From NCBI GenBank assembly GCA_041649675.1, contig JBAZMQ010000005.1:9635-73634 (forward strand): a stretch of 64,000 nt of DNA, read 5' to 3'. A model generated the notes under the pieces. The model was not told the origin of the DNA. It searched no databases and saw nothing but the letters and a program-made list of their open reading frames with translations. The position numbers and the translations under genes are program-made. The stretch comes from Patescibacteria group bacterium (GTDB taxonomy: Bacteria; Patescibacteriota; Patescibacteriia; Buchananbacterales; UBA6539). Positions within the stretch are counted from its first letter, which is position 1, and each line of letters starts with the position of its first letter. Of the stretch, positions 18,233 to 27,169 are shown one piece after another.

Positions 18233-19594
18233 TTATTCTATGTCTTGACCCAAAGGATGAATTTCCACGGCTTTTTGAGTCGTTACGATTATATTGTACC
18301 ATTTATAACCAAATTTGGTAAACGCTTCCTGAGTTTTAACCCACCGCCGATAGCCGTCAGAAATCACATAAACTTTAGAGTCATTATCAGCCTTAACTAG
18401 TTCTCCGTCCTTAAATTTCAGCGGCGAACCGGTTTCATATTTGTCCAATTCTTCCAAGCTGACTTTAGTCGTTGTTCTTTTGCCAAAATTAGAAACCAGA
18501 ATTTCTTTAGAATAAATCGGCTCTTTAATTCCATTTTCCACATAATAAACTCCACCAGTTTTGTTATTTTGCAATAAAGCGCCGGTCGGATAAATACTGT
18601 TAGCTGTTAAATCTTGGCCATAGCTATAGCCAGCTAAATCATCGGCCGTTACCTCAATTGTTTCTTCCCAATTAAAGCCAAGGGTTTTGAATACTTCCAG
18701 CGAACTAATATAACGCAGTTCATCATTAACCAGCAAATAAGTTTTGCCATCCGGTAAATGAAGTAGCGAATAATTATGGAGTTTAATGGCCGGACCAATT
18801 TCATATTTTTCCAAATCGGCTTTGGCCACAATTAAAATTTTTCTAGGGTCAAACCGCGAGAGCAAAACTGAATAAGAAGTGATTAACCGTCTAATACCAT
18901 ATTGCAAAAACCAAACTTCGGGATTGTCATTAGTTTTTAATAATGAACCGTCGGGATAATTTTTACCCCAGTAATCCTGCCAAATTTGCCAAAAATGCAA
19001 ATTGCCCGAGTAATGTGGGGTGTAATTATACAAGCTGGCCGTGGCCTGATTGACCGGCGCGATTAAATAATTATCAATGCTGTAACTTTGGCCGATTTGA
19101 AAATTCCAGTTAAAGGGGCTGTCAAAATACTGCCGGAATTGCCAAGCCGCACCGTCAACTTGTTTGCCAAACCCCAAGGCCCGCGGATTACAAGCACTGC
19201 TATCCGGACAGCGATATCCCATGGCCTTGTCCAGCTGGTTTTGACTCGGGCTTGGATCAGTAATTAAACTTTGTTCTTTTTGCAAAGTGGCTAAAATTAA
19301 TTTAGGGCTGATCTGGCTTTCCTGGGCCGCCTGCCAAATAATTTCTGAGGCTTTTTTGCTTGTATTCTGATAATCCAAATAATATCCGCTGGCCAAAAAA
19401 CTGCCTTTCAGCTCCAAAAAATTTTGGATATCATTAATTGACATGCAGTCATAGTCAGTAACGTCTTCGTCGCTGATTATAAAATGGGGATTAAAAACAT
19501 AGTCTGCCGCCCGAACCGATAAACCGTTGGCGACAAACAATAAACTACTAATGATTAATATCTTTACAATCCGTTTCATAAAATTACTAAGCAC
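18233..19594 (-). CDS. Secreted protein with an N-terminal lysozyme/glucosaminidase-like region and three C-terminal repeats of about 60 aa
   Basis: Signal peptide. Motif ILATLQKEQS. Repeated units (R.I.S.EVF..LGF.W..I..V). Confidence 0.5.
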   Translation of the reverse strand: MLSNFMKRIVKILIISSLLFVANGLSVRAADYVFNPHFIISDEDVTDYDCMSINDIQNFLELKGSFLASGYYLDYQNTSKKASEIIWQAAQESQISPKLILATLQKEQSLITDPSPSQNQLDKAMGYRCPDSSACNPRALGFGKQVDGAAWQFRQYFDSPFNWNFQIGQSYSIDNYLIAPVNQATASLYNYTPHYSGNLHFWQIWQDYWGKNYPDGSLLKTNDNPEVWFLQYGIRRLITSYSVLLSRFDPRKILIVAKADLEKYEIGPAIKLHNYSLLHLPDGKTYLLVNDELRYISSLEVFKTLGFNWEETIEVTADDLAGYSYGQDLTANSIYPTGALLQNNKTGGVYYVENGIKEPIYSKEILVSNFGKRTTTKVSLEELDKYETGSPLKFKDGELVKADNDSKVYVISDGYRRWVKTQEAFTKFGYKWYNIIVTTQKAVEIHPLGQDIE

Positions 19595-19714
19595 TAAATT
19601 CTAAATCCTAAACAAATCTCAATTTTTTAAACTACCAATTACAAATCGTTTGAAAAATTATAACTTGTAATTTATGATTTGTTTAGGATTTTAATATTAT
19701 AATTCAGAATTTGA
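19590..19714 (+). repeat. Palindromic intergenic repeat element of about 125 nt, family member A
   Basis: Core aagcactaaattctaaatcctaaacaaatc at 19590-19619 and inverted arm gatttgtttaggatttt at 19676-19692. The core is identical (reverse complement) to 59153-59182. Confidence 0.75.
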
Positions 19715-20764
19715 TTAAAGATTACCACTAATTTTAGCATCACATTTTTGGCACTGCCCGTTTTGGTCAAACCGCTTAACTTGATAACCAGACCGGGCAA
19801 TTACGGTTTGGCCACATTGGCTACAATTTGTATCTTCCAGGCCTTGGCCAAAAATATTGCCACCATAGACATAATGCAGGCCAACCGCCTTACCAATTTG
19901 CCAGGCTTTTTTGAGATCAGCCGTTAAGGTCGGAGGAACTTTGGTTAGTTTGTAAACCGGATGAAAAGCTGAGACATGCCAAGGCGTATCGGCTCCCAAT
20001 TTATCTTTAATAAATTTGGCAATTTTAGTTAGCTCGTCACTACCTTCATTCAAAGTTGGAATTAACAAGGTGGTAACTTCCAACCAAATATTATTTTTCT
20101 TGTACCAAATTAGATTGTCCAAAACCGGCTGCAATTTTGCCCCACAAATTTTTTGGTAATTCTTTTCGGAAAAAAATTTCAAATCAATATTAACTGCCGC
20201 CAAATAAGGCTTGGCCATTTCTAAAGCCGCTTGGCTGGTATAACCATTTGAAACCCAAATATTTTTCAAACCATTTTTTACCGCCAACTTCATGCAGTCT
20301 AAGGCAAACTCAAAAAAAATCGTTGGTTCGGTATAAGTGTAGGCAATACTCTGGCAGTTTGACTTTAGCGCCAAGGAAACTATTTGTTCGGCAGTGACAT
20401 CAGAACCAGATATTGGTGGCAAAATTTTGGATTTTTCTTTTGGGGCCTGCGAGATATCGGCATTTTGACAATTGGCACAAGAAAAATTACAGCCAACCGT
20501 GGCAATTGAAAAAGCCTGCGAACCAGGCAAAAAATGGTAAAGCGGCTTTTTTTCGATCGGGTCAACGTTAGCGGCAATTACTTTGCCGTAAACTAAAGTC
20601 GCCAAAGTTCCGTCTAAATTTTCCCTAACACCGCACAAACCGCGCTTACCAGGCATAATTTGGCAACTCTGATGGCAGAGTTCGCAACCAATTTTATTGT
20701 CTGCCAATTTTTTATAAAATAAAGCTTCTCTCATAGTTTGATAATCATAGTTTGATAACGACAT
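19715..20764 (-). CDS. AmmeMemoRadiSam-system-type radical SAM enzyme
   Basis: C-x3-C-x2-C cluster (GCNFSCANCQN) and an N-terminal Cys-rich segment (CELCHQSCQI...CGV). Partner of the MEMO1-like gene. Confidence 0.75.
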   Translation of the reverse strand: MSLSNYDYQTMREALFYKKLADNKIGCELCHQSCQIMPGKRGLCGVRENLDGTLATLVYGKVIAANVDPIEKKPLYHFLPGSQAFSIATVGCNFSCANCQNADISQAPKEKSKILPPISGSDVTAEQIVSLALKSNCQSIAYTYTEPTIFFEFALDCMKLAVKNGLKNIWVSNGYTSQAALEMAKPYLAAVNIDLKFFSEKNYQKICGAKLQPVLDNLIWYKKNNIWLEVTTLLIPTLNEGSDELTKIAKFIKDKLGADTPWHVSAFHPVYKLTKVPPTLTADLKKAWQIGKAVGLHYVYGGNIFGQGLEDTNCSQCGQTVIARSGYQVKRFDQNGQCQKCDAKISGNL

Positions 20765-20785
20765 TATAGCATTATTTACTCGATA

Positions 20786-20814
20786 TTGACAAAATTAAAA
20801 AACTATGCTATTAT
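20786..20814 (+). promoter_or_regulatory. Sigma70-type promoter: TTGACA, 17-nt spacer, TATTAT
   Basis: Direct sequence match upstream of the 20900 ORF. Confidence 0.55.
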
Positions 20815-20899
20815 AATAAGCTCTTTTAAAAAAGTTTTTCAATAGTGACGAGCGAATCAACAACTTCATCTTAAGATGAAATAATGGGAGAAAATTGGA

Positions 20900-21343
20900 A
20901 TGTGGACAGATGCACCTTTTAGATTGAAGCTTGATGCCAGTCAACCTAAAAACACCCCACACGGAATGATTAACGAATTTGCCCTTAGCGCAGAGCAGGC
21001 TCAAAACTTTCAATATAAGGGCAAATCGATTACCGGCCGGGGTACACAAATGTTTAGGCTGGTATGCGTCGGTAAACAACCCAATCTTGATGCGGTTTTG
21101 AGGGAGATTGAGGAAAAATACCATGTAGGTCGTGAACATCACCACGGTCAGTGGCTACAACCTTACGTTGGAAAGTTTAGAAAAAATTACCCTGCCTGGA
21201 TAGGTGTGCCTGACCCATCGTGGCGTGGACCAAATGGTCAACCCTGTTTCCCGTGCGTATTACCAGGAGGAGCCAAGGCCTTTCTTGTGGCCGATAAAGA
21301 ATTCGGCCGCGAATTCTTTTGGCTGATTCCCGTCTTGGAATAA
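20900..21343 (+). CDS. Hypothetical protein (147 aa) in a GC-elevated cassette
   Basis: SD GGGAG. Local GC about 47%. No recognisable domain. A 37-aa ORF and a terminator follow. Confidence 0.45.
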   Translation: MWTDAPFRLKLDASQPKNTPHGMINEFALSAEQAQNFQYKGKSITGRGTQMFRLVCVGKQPNLDAVLREIEEKYHVGREHHHGQWLQPYVGKFRKNYPAWIGVPDPSWRGPNGQPCFPCVLPGGAKAFLVADKEFGREFFWLIPVLE

Positions 21344-21602
21344 CGTGCATGCCGCCGACATGTATTTGTTCTTAATTTATCTTGGTGGGATTGCAAGTTT
21401 GAATCGGCTAATCATCTAGCTTTCCTGCCACGAGAGATCGCCGTTTTCTACTCCGGCCGCGAAGACACATCTGTTTCAATAATGGAGACAGACCAATTCG
21501 CGCAAACAACCTTTGAGGGTGAACAAGGCGAAAAGCTGCGTCGCCTGGGCGTAGTTACTCACGCCGAGTATAACGACGACGGTCGACCTAACTAAATTAT
21601 GC

Positions 21603-21638
21603 GAGCAGGAATCCAACAGGGTACCTGCTCTTTTCTTT
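21603..21638 (+). terminator. Rho-independent terminator
   Basis: gagcagg...cctgctc followed by TTTTCTTT. Confidence 0.6.
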
Positions 21639-21670
21639 AAAAAAACTTAAAAATCTGCTAGAATTGTTTC

Positions 21671-22231
21671 ATGACCAAACGCTGTTTTATTGCCATCAAT
21701 TTACCAAATTCGGTAAAAAATGAAATGGCAACTTTAATTACCAATCTAAAGCAAACCAATCCGAACCGAGCAATAAAATACGTTGATAGTTTAACCGGTC
21801 ATCTGACTTTACATTTTTTAGGATCTATAACTGACCGGCAGATTGAGCAGGTAAAAGAAATACTAAAAGCTAACTGTTTTGATTGTCAATCAACAAAATT
21901 AATTAGCAATAAAATCGGTGGTTTTCCTAATTTGGTCAAACCCCGGATAGTTTTTCTAGCCTGTCAAGAATTAGGGCAGGGGATTTTAAAAAATCTCCAA
22001 GCTAGACTAGGAACGGAATTAAAAAAAATTGGTTTGGCAGTTGATCATCGGCCTTGGCAGCCACATTTAACTTTGGCCCGGATTAAAGAATCCGAACAAT
22101 TCAAAATTGAGAATGTTATTGTTCCAAAATTTGAAATTTTAGTCAAAAGCCTTGAACTGATGGAAAGCCAGCTAAAACCAAGTGGTCCGGAGTACAAAAT
22201 TTTACAAAGCTTTAACCTTCTAAATTCCTAA
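21671..22231 (+). CDS. thpR: RNA 2',3'-cyclic phosphodiesterase (2H family, LigT/ThpR)
   Basis: Two H-x-T-x motifs (HLTLHFLG and HLTLARI). Confidence 0.8.
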   Translation: MTKRCFIAINLPNSVKNEMATLITNLKQTNPNRAIKYVDSLTGHLTLHFLGSITDRQIEQVKEILKANCFDCQSTKLISNKIGGFPNLVKPRIVFLACQELGQGILKNLQARLGTELKKIGLAVDHRPWQPHLTLARIKESEQFKIENVIVPKFEILVKSLELMESQLKPSGPEYKILQSFNLLNS

Positions 22232-22399
22232 TTCATAATTCTTCACCCATGCGCGATCATTCTTCAAGAAAATATAACAAATCAAAGGTAACCCGCTATC
22301 GGACCAAGAGTCGCTACCGAGCCGACGGACCGCAAGAATTCCAACGGTTTCAATACAGCCAACCGCTGCCGCGGCAAAAAAAGCTAATTAAATAAAACT

Positions 22400-23152
22400 A
22401 TGAGCAAGGTTGAAATTTTAGGCGTAAAAATAGACGATTTATCGCTGCAAGAAATTTTAGAACAAATTAACAAATTTTTGGATTCCAACAATCAGCACTA
22501 TATTGTTACACCAAATCCGGAATTTTTGGTGGCGGCCCAAAATAATAAGAAATTCAGAGACATTTTAAATTATGCTGATATCGCTGTTGCTGACGGCGTT
22601 GGACTGACTTATGCTGCCAAATTTTTTAAACAACGGCTGCAACGAATTACCGGCGTTGATTTAATCTGGTATATCTGTCAACTGGCTGAACAAAAAAGTT
22701 GTTCAGTTTATTTCCTTGGCGCGGCTGAATCAGTGGCCCAAAAAACCGCTGAGATTTTAAAAGAAGAATTTCCTAATCTAAAAATTGCCGGTGCCCAAAG
22801 CGGGGGACAGCTAATTGATCCAAAAATAGTTGATGAGAATTTAATTAAAGAAATTAATCAGACTGCACCACAGATTATTTTTGTTGCTTTGGGCCAGGTT
22901 AAACAAGAAGAATGGATTTTTCATCAGTTAGATAAACTGCCATCGGTTAAATTAGCCATGGGCGTTGGCGGAGCCTTTGATTATATTTCCGAAGCAGTCC
23001 CGCGCGCTCCCCAATACTTAAGAAAAATTGGCCTGGAATGGTTGTACCGCTTGATCAGAGAACCAAAAAGATGGCGCCGAATTGTTGATGCGGTAATTAT
23101 TTTTCCGTTACTAATAATAAAAATAATGGTACTTGCTAAAAAATATGACTAA
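22400..23152 (+). CDS. WecB/TagA/CpsF-family glycosyltransferase (GT26)
   Basis: Family-typical IVTPNPEF...DGVGL region and length. Confidence 0.8.
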   Translation: MSKVEILGVKIDDLSLQEILEQINKFLDSNNQHYIVTPNPEFLVAAQNNKKFRDILNYADIAVADGVGLTYAAKFFKQRLQRITGVDLIWYICQLAEQKSCSVYFLGAAESVAQKTAEILKEEFPNLKIAGAQSGGQLIDPKIVDENLIKEINQTAPQIIFVALGQVKQEEWIFHQLDKLPSVKLAMGVGGAFDYISEAVPRAPQYLRKIGLEWLYRLIREPKRWRRIVDAVIIFPLLIIKIMVLAKKYD

Positions 23153-24578
23153 AAAAATAATAACTCGTTTTTCACCCAGTCCGACCGGCTTTTTACATAT
23201 CGGCGGCCTGCGCACCGCTTTGTATGGTTATCTTTTTGCTAAAAAAAATAACGGCCAATTCCTTTTACGAATTGAAGATACTGATCAAAGTCGAAAGGTT
23301 GAGGGTGCAACCGAAGGCCTACAAATCGTACTTAAAAAGTTTGGTTTGAATTGGGACAACAAAAAACCAATGATTCAGTCAGAAAGGCTGGATGTCTATA
23401 AAAAATATGCCGAACAATTGGTTGGGGCGGGCAAAGCTTATTATTGTTTTTGCACTCCCGAAAGGCTTGAGCAATTGCGCCAAGTTCAAACCGCCAGAAA
23501 ACTACCCCCAATGTATGACGGCAAATGTTGCAATTTGGCTGCCAAGCTAGCGGAAAAACAAATTGCCGACGGCAGGCCATATGTTATTCGTTTTAAAATG
23601 CCAAAAACTGGAATTACCGAATTTACCGATTTAATTCGCGGTAAAGTCAGTTTTGCTAACAACACTTTAGATGACCAAATCATTTTGAAATCAGACGGTT
23701 TTCCGACCTATCACTTAGCCTCCGTAGTGGATGATCACGAAATGGCAATTAGCCATGTTATTCGTGGCGAGGAATGGCTGCCTTCAACTCCCAAGCATAT
23801 CTTGCTTTATCAGGCTTTCGGCTGGGCAATACCAGAGTTTGCTCATTTACCATTACTGCTTAATTCTGACCGGTCAAAATTATCCAAACGCCAAGGCGAT
23901 GTCGCGGTTGAAGATTATTTGCAAAAAGGCTACTTGCCCCAGGCTTTATTAAATTTTGTTTTACTCTTGGGTTGGAATCCTGGCACCGACCAAGAAATTT
24001 TTAGTTTCTCAGAAATGATTAAAGCATTCAGTTTAGACAAAGTAAATAAGTCCGGTGCCGTATTTAATGTCCAGAAATTAGATTGGCTAAATGGTCATTA
24101 CCTTAGAGAAAAATCAGACGCTGAGCTGGCCAAACTTTGCCAACCTTATTTTGCGGCCGCGGGAATTCAAACTGACTTAAAAGCTCTGGAAAAAATCGTT
24201 AGTACCGAAAAAGACCGGATTAAAAAGTTGGAAGATATTGTTCCTAATACTCAATTTTTCTTTATCCAGCCCAAATATGAAGCGGACCTTTTGCTTTGGA
24301 AAAAACTGACTAAAAATGAAGTGGCTGATAATTTAAAAAGTTTAAAAGAAAAACTATCAGAAATTACCGACAGGAAATGGCAAATAAAAAACTTGGAAAA
24401 AGAAATTAAGGAACTGATTGCAAAAAAGGGGATTGGCACAGGGGATATGCTTTGGCCAATGCGAGTGGCTTTATCGGGCCTAAAAAATTCGCCCGGACCA
24501 TTTGAAATCACTTGGGCTCTAGGAAAAAAAGAAAGTTTGAATCGGATTGAATTAGCAATTAATAATCTTTTGGAATAA
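23133..24578 (+). CDS. gltX: Glutamyl-tRNA synthetase
   Basis: HIGH-like SPTGFLHIGGLRTAL and KLSKRQG (KMSKS). Length 481 aa. Confidence 0.9.
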   Translation: MLKNMTKKIITRFSPSPTGFLHIGGLRTALYGYLFAKKNNGQFLLRIEDTDQSRKVEGATEGLQIVLKKFGLNWDNKKPMIQSERLDVYKKYAEQLVGAGKAYYCFCTPERLEQLRQVQTARKLPPMYDGKCCNLAAKLAEKQIADGRPYVIRFKMPKTGITEFTDLIRGKVSFANNTLDDQIILKSDGFPTYHLASVVDDHEMAISHVIRGEEWLPSTPKHILLYQAFGWAIPEFAHLPLLLNSDRSKLSKRQGDVAVEDYLQKGYLPQALLNFVLLLGWNPGTDQEIFSFSEMIKAFSLDKVNKSGAVFNVQKLDWLNGHYLREKSDAELAKLCQPYFAAAGIQTDLKALEKIVSTEKDRIKKLEDIVPNTQFFFIQPKYEADLLLWKKLTKNEVADNLKSLKEKLSEITDRKWQIKNLEKEIKELIAKKGIGTGDMLWPMRVALSGLKNSPGPFEITWALGKKESLNRIELAINNLLE

Positions 24579-24834
24579 AAAAAGTAGCCAAACGAGTCAT
24601 TTGACTACACCAATCACTAATAAAGAACTGGGGTAGCAGGTTTTAATGCCTGCCAGACTTGCTCAAAGCTGAGGCAATGGCGTTGACCCCAAGCAATAGA
24701 AGCCTGAACCAATTGGTTCTTTTGATCACGGCCAACCAAAGGAGGGGTTAAGCCTGTTTTTTGATATTCATTTTCCTTCACAGTATTTCCTTTCACTAAA
24801 GGTTTCAATTTTCAACCAAGTCCTTGCCATTAAA

Positions 24835-25029
24835 TTAAAGGTTTGAAAACTGATATTGCTTCTTCAAAACATGAACTGCCTTGTTACACTTTCTGGCCAA
24901 TGCCAGCCAAGCCCGACTCCTAATCTTTCTTTGATTAGCATAATTTTTTACCAAAACTATAATCTTTTTTCCTCCCAGATTGGTTGGCTTTGGCATAAAA
25001 ACGACTCTTCTTCTGTTGCTACTTGGCAT
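24835..25029 (-). CDS. Small basic protein (64 aa) with its own SD and a promoter-like site
   Basis: SD GGGAGGA lies 6 nt before the ATG. TTGACA, 15-nt spacer, TATAAT on the minus strand (plus 25079-25105). Lys/Arg-rich. Function unknown. Confidence 0.3.
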   Translation of the reverse strand: MPSSNRRRVVFMPKPTNLGGKKIIVLVKNYANQRKIRSRAWLALARKCNKAVHVLKKQYQFSNL

Positions 25030-25110
25030 ATCGGATCCTCCCGCAGTAGTCACAAACGGTTTAATTGCTTGATATTAAATTATATTGCTGCAGCTTTTTT
25101 GTCAATATTT

Positions 25111-25139
25111 TTGTAAAACCACCTAATTTATGCTATAAT
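25111..25139 (+). promoter_or_regulatory. Sigma70-type promoter: TTGTAA, 17-nt spacer, TATAAT
   Basis: Direct sequence match upstream of the M23 peptidase gene. Confidence 0.5.
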
Positions 25140-25146
25140 ATCAATA

Positions 25147-26400
25147 ATGATAAAAAATAAAAACAAAAAAATAACCAAGCCCAAAATATTAGTTTTTTGT
25201 TTACTAATTAGCTTTTTTTTAGCTATTTTTTTTGTTGGCCATACATTTAAAGTCAACGCCCAAGACGATCTTAATGATTTGAATCAAAAAATTCAGGATA
25301 AAAAAAAGAATATAGATATTTTGCAAAAGGAAATAGATGCTTATAATGCCCAAATTAAAGAAAAACAAAGCCAGTCAAAAAGCTTAAAAAATCAGATTGC
25401 AATTATTGCTAATGAAATTGCCAGGATTAATTTAGATATTCAAGCAACCCAAGACCGAATTGAGCAGACTAATTTGGAAATTCAAAGTCTAAACATCCAA
25501 ATTCAGGATACAGAAAAAAAGATTACCAACAATAAAGATAAAATCGCCGAATATTTACGTTTAATTTATCACAACGACCAGATAAGCTATCTTGAGGTAA
25601 TGCTAACCAATGATTCTTTCTCTGATTTTTTTGATCAAATCAAATATACCGAAGAAATTCACAGCAATTTAAAAGCGACTTTGACTAAACTCCAAAATAG
25701 CAAAAAAGATTTGGAAACTCAAAAATCGCAATGGCAACAAAAAGCTGATTTGGAAAATAAACTTAAAGACCAACTCCAAGAACAAAAGTCTTCACTAGAC
25801 GAAAAAAGTAGCGCCCAACAAGTTCTTTTAATCCAAAACCGGCTTACTGAAAAACAATACAAATCTTATCTTTATCAACTGCAGGTTGAGCAGCAGCAAG
25901 TCAATGCCGACATTGTCAGTATGGAAAAAACTGTTAGGCAGAAATTAGCCGAGAGGGAAAGCCAGGATAAATTTAAGAATCTCGGCAATGCTTCCCTGGT
26001 ATGGCCAGTTAGTTCAGGCCGTGGTATTAGCGCCTATTTTCATGATCCCGATTATCCTTTCCGCTATATTTTTGAACATCCAGCAGTTGATATTCGCTGC
26101 AGTCAGGGCACGCCGATTAAAGCCGCCGAAGCCGGTTATGTGGCTAAAATCCAATTCAAAGGGGATACTAGCTATGGTTATATTATGCTTATTCATAACA
26201 ATGGTCTGTCAACGGTTTATGGCCATGTTTCTAAAGTCAATATTAAAGAAGATGAATATGTTAACAAGGGAGAAATAATTGGCTCAAGCGGTGCCACCCC
26301 TGGTACTGCCGGGGCGGGTAAAATGACTACTGGGCCGCATCTTCATTTTGAAGTACGTCTTAATGGTATTCCGGTTAACCCTTTAGACTACTTACCTTAA
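25147..26400 (+). CDS. M23-family metalloendopeptidase with an N-terminal coiled coil (EnvC/NlpD-like)
   Basis: The C-terminal LytM domain has HxxxD and HxH-type motifs (GHVSK..., GPHLHFEV). Confidence 0.85.
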   Translation: MIKNKNKKITKPKILVFCLLISFFLAIFFVGHTFKVNAQDDLNDLNQKIQDKKKNIDILQKEIDAYNAQIKEKQSQSKSLKNQIAIIANEIARINLDIQATQDRIEQTNLEIQSLNIQIQDTEKKITNNKDKIAEYLRLIYHNDQISYLEVMLTNDSFSDFFDQIKYTEEIHSNLKATLTKLQNSKKDLETQKSQWQQKADLENKLKDQLQEQKSSLDEKSSAQQVLLIQNRLTEKQYKSYLYQLQVEQQQVNADIVSMEKTVRQKLAERESQDKFKNLGNASLVWPVSSGRGISAYFHDPDYPFRYIFEHPAVDIRCSQGTPIKAAEAGYVAKIQFKGDTSYGYIMLIHNNGLSTVYGHVSKVNIKEDEYVNKGEIIGSSGATPGTAGAGKMTTGPHLHFEVRLNGIPVNPLDYLP

Positions 26401-26407
26401 TAATCCT

Positions 26408-26806
26408 ATGAAACAAAGTGAATTTTTCACTAATTTAGGAATCTGGCTGATTGTCGCGGTAATTACATTTTTTTATTTTAATTACTTTGGCCAAATGCAA
26501 TCAATCGGGGATGCTATTGTTACGGCGTCACCAGCTTTGGTTTTTTTCGCCGGTGGTATTTTAATTTTTTCCCGTGATCAAAAAATTATTAAAAAAACCA
26601 AATTTGGTCCGGAATTTAGCCGGAATATAATACTAGATTGGGGCCAAGCCTTAAAACATGATACCTTAATTTATTTAATACCAATTTTGATTTTAGCTTT
26701 GCCCGTGATCATGGGTGAAAAAACAACAATCGCCACATTTGTTCAGTCAATAATTGCTTTTTTAAGTTTAACTTACCTTAAACTTATCTATTGGGGTGAA
26801 CTTTAA
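26408..26806 (+). CDS. Hypothetical membrane protein
   Basis: Four predicted TM helices. No motif. Confidence 0.4.
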   Translation: MKQSEFFTNLGIWLIVAVITFFYFNYFGQMQSIGDAIVTASPALVFFAGGILIFSRDQKIIKKTKFGPEFSRNIILDWGQALKHDTLIYLIPILILALPVIMGEKTTIATFVQSIIAFLSLTYLKLIYWGEL

Positions 26807-26883
26807 GCTGTGGATAAAAATTTGACATTATTTTAAACTATTGATATTATTTAGATAGTTGTCTAAATATCTAAATCTTTATA

Positions 26884-27159
26884 ATGACTTTGAATAAAAC
26901 TTTTCAAGCCTTATCCGATCCAACCAGAAGAAAAATTTTGCAATTACTGAAAAAAAAAGATCTTTCAGTTAATGAAATAGGGGAGAGTTTTGATATTACT
27001 TTGCCATCTCTTTCCCACCATTTAAATACTTTAAAAAACGCTGATTTGGTCAGCGCCGAAAGAAAAGGCCAACAAATGATTTATTCTTTAAATCTAAGTG
27101 TTTTTGAAGAAATTTCTGAAGAGCTTTATAATTTTTTTAATAAAACCAATAAAAAATAA
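26884..27159 (+). CDS. ArsR/SmtB-family transcriptional regulator (SdpR-like)
   Basis: wHTH region LSDPTRRKILQLL...VNEIGESFDITLPSLSHHLNTLKNADLV. Confidence 0.85.
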   Translation: MTLNKTFQALSDPTRRKILQLLKKKDLSVNEIGESFDITLPSLSHHLNTLKNADLVSAERKGQQMIYSLNLSVFEEISEELYNFFNKTNKK

Positions 27160-27169
27160 TTTTAAATTT

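Noticed and set aside
20795-21145. Minus-strand ORF (116 aa) overlapping the 20900 plus-strand ORF
   Set aside because: The promoter and SD support the plus-strand ORF. The minus-strand ORF has no signals.
24640-24705. tRNA-like start (ggggtag...gacccca) after gltX
   Set aside because: Only 63 nt long. It has no T-loop GTTC motif and no D-arm. It is more likely a terminator hairpin (gcaggttttaatgcctgc).
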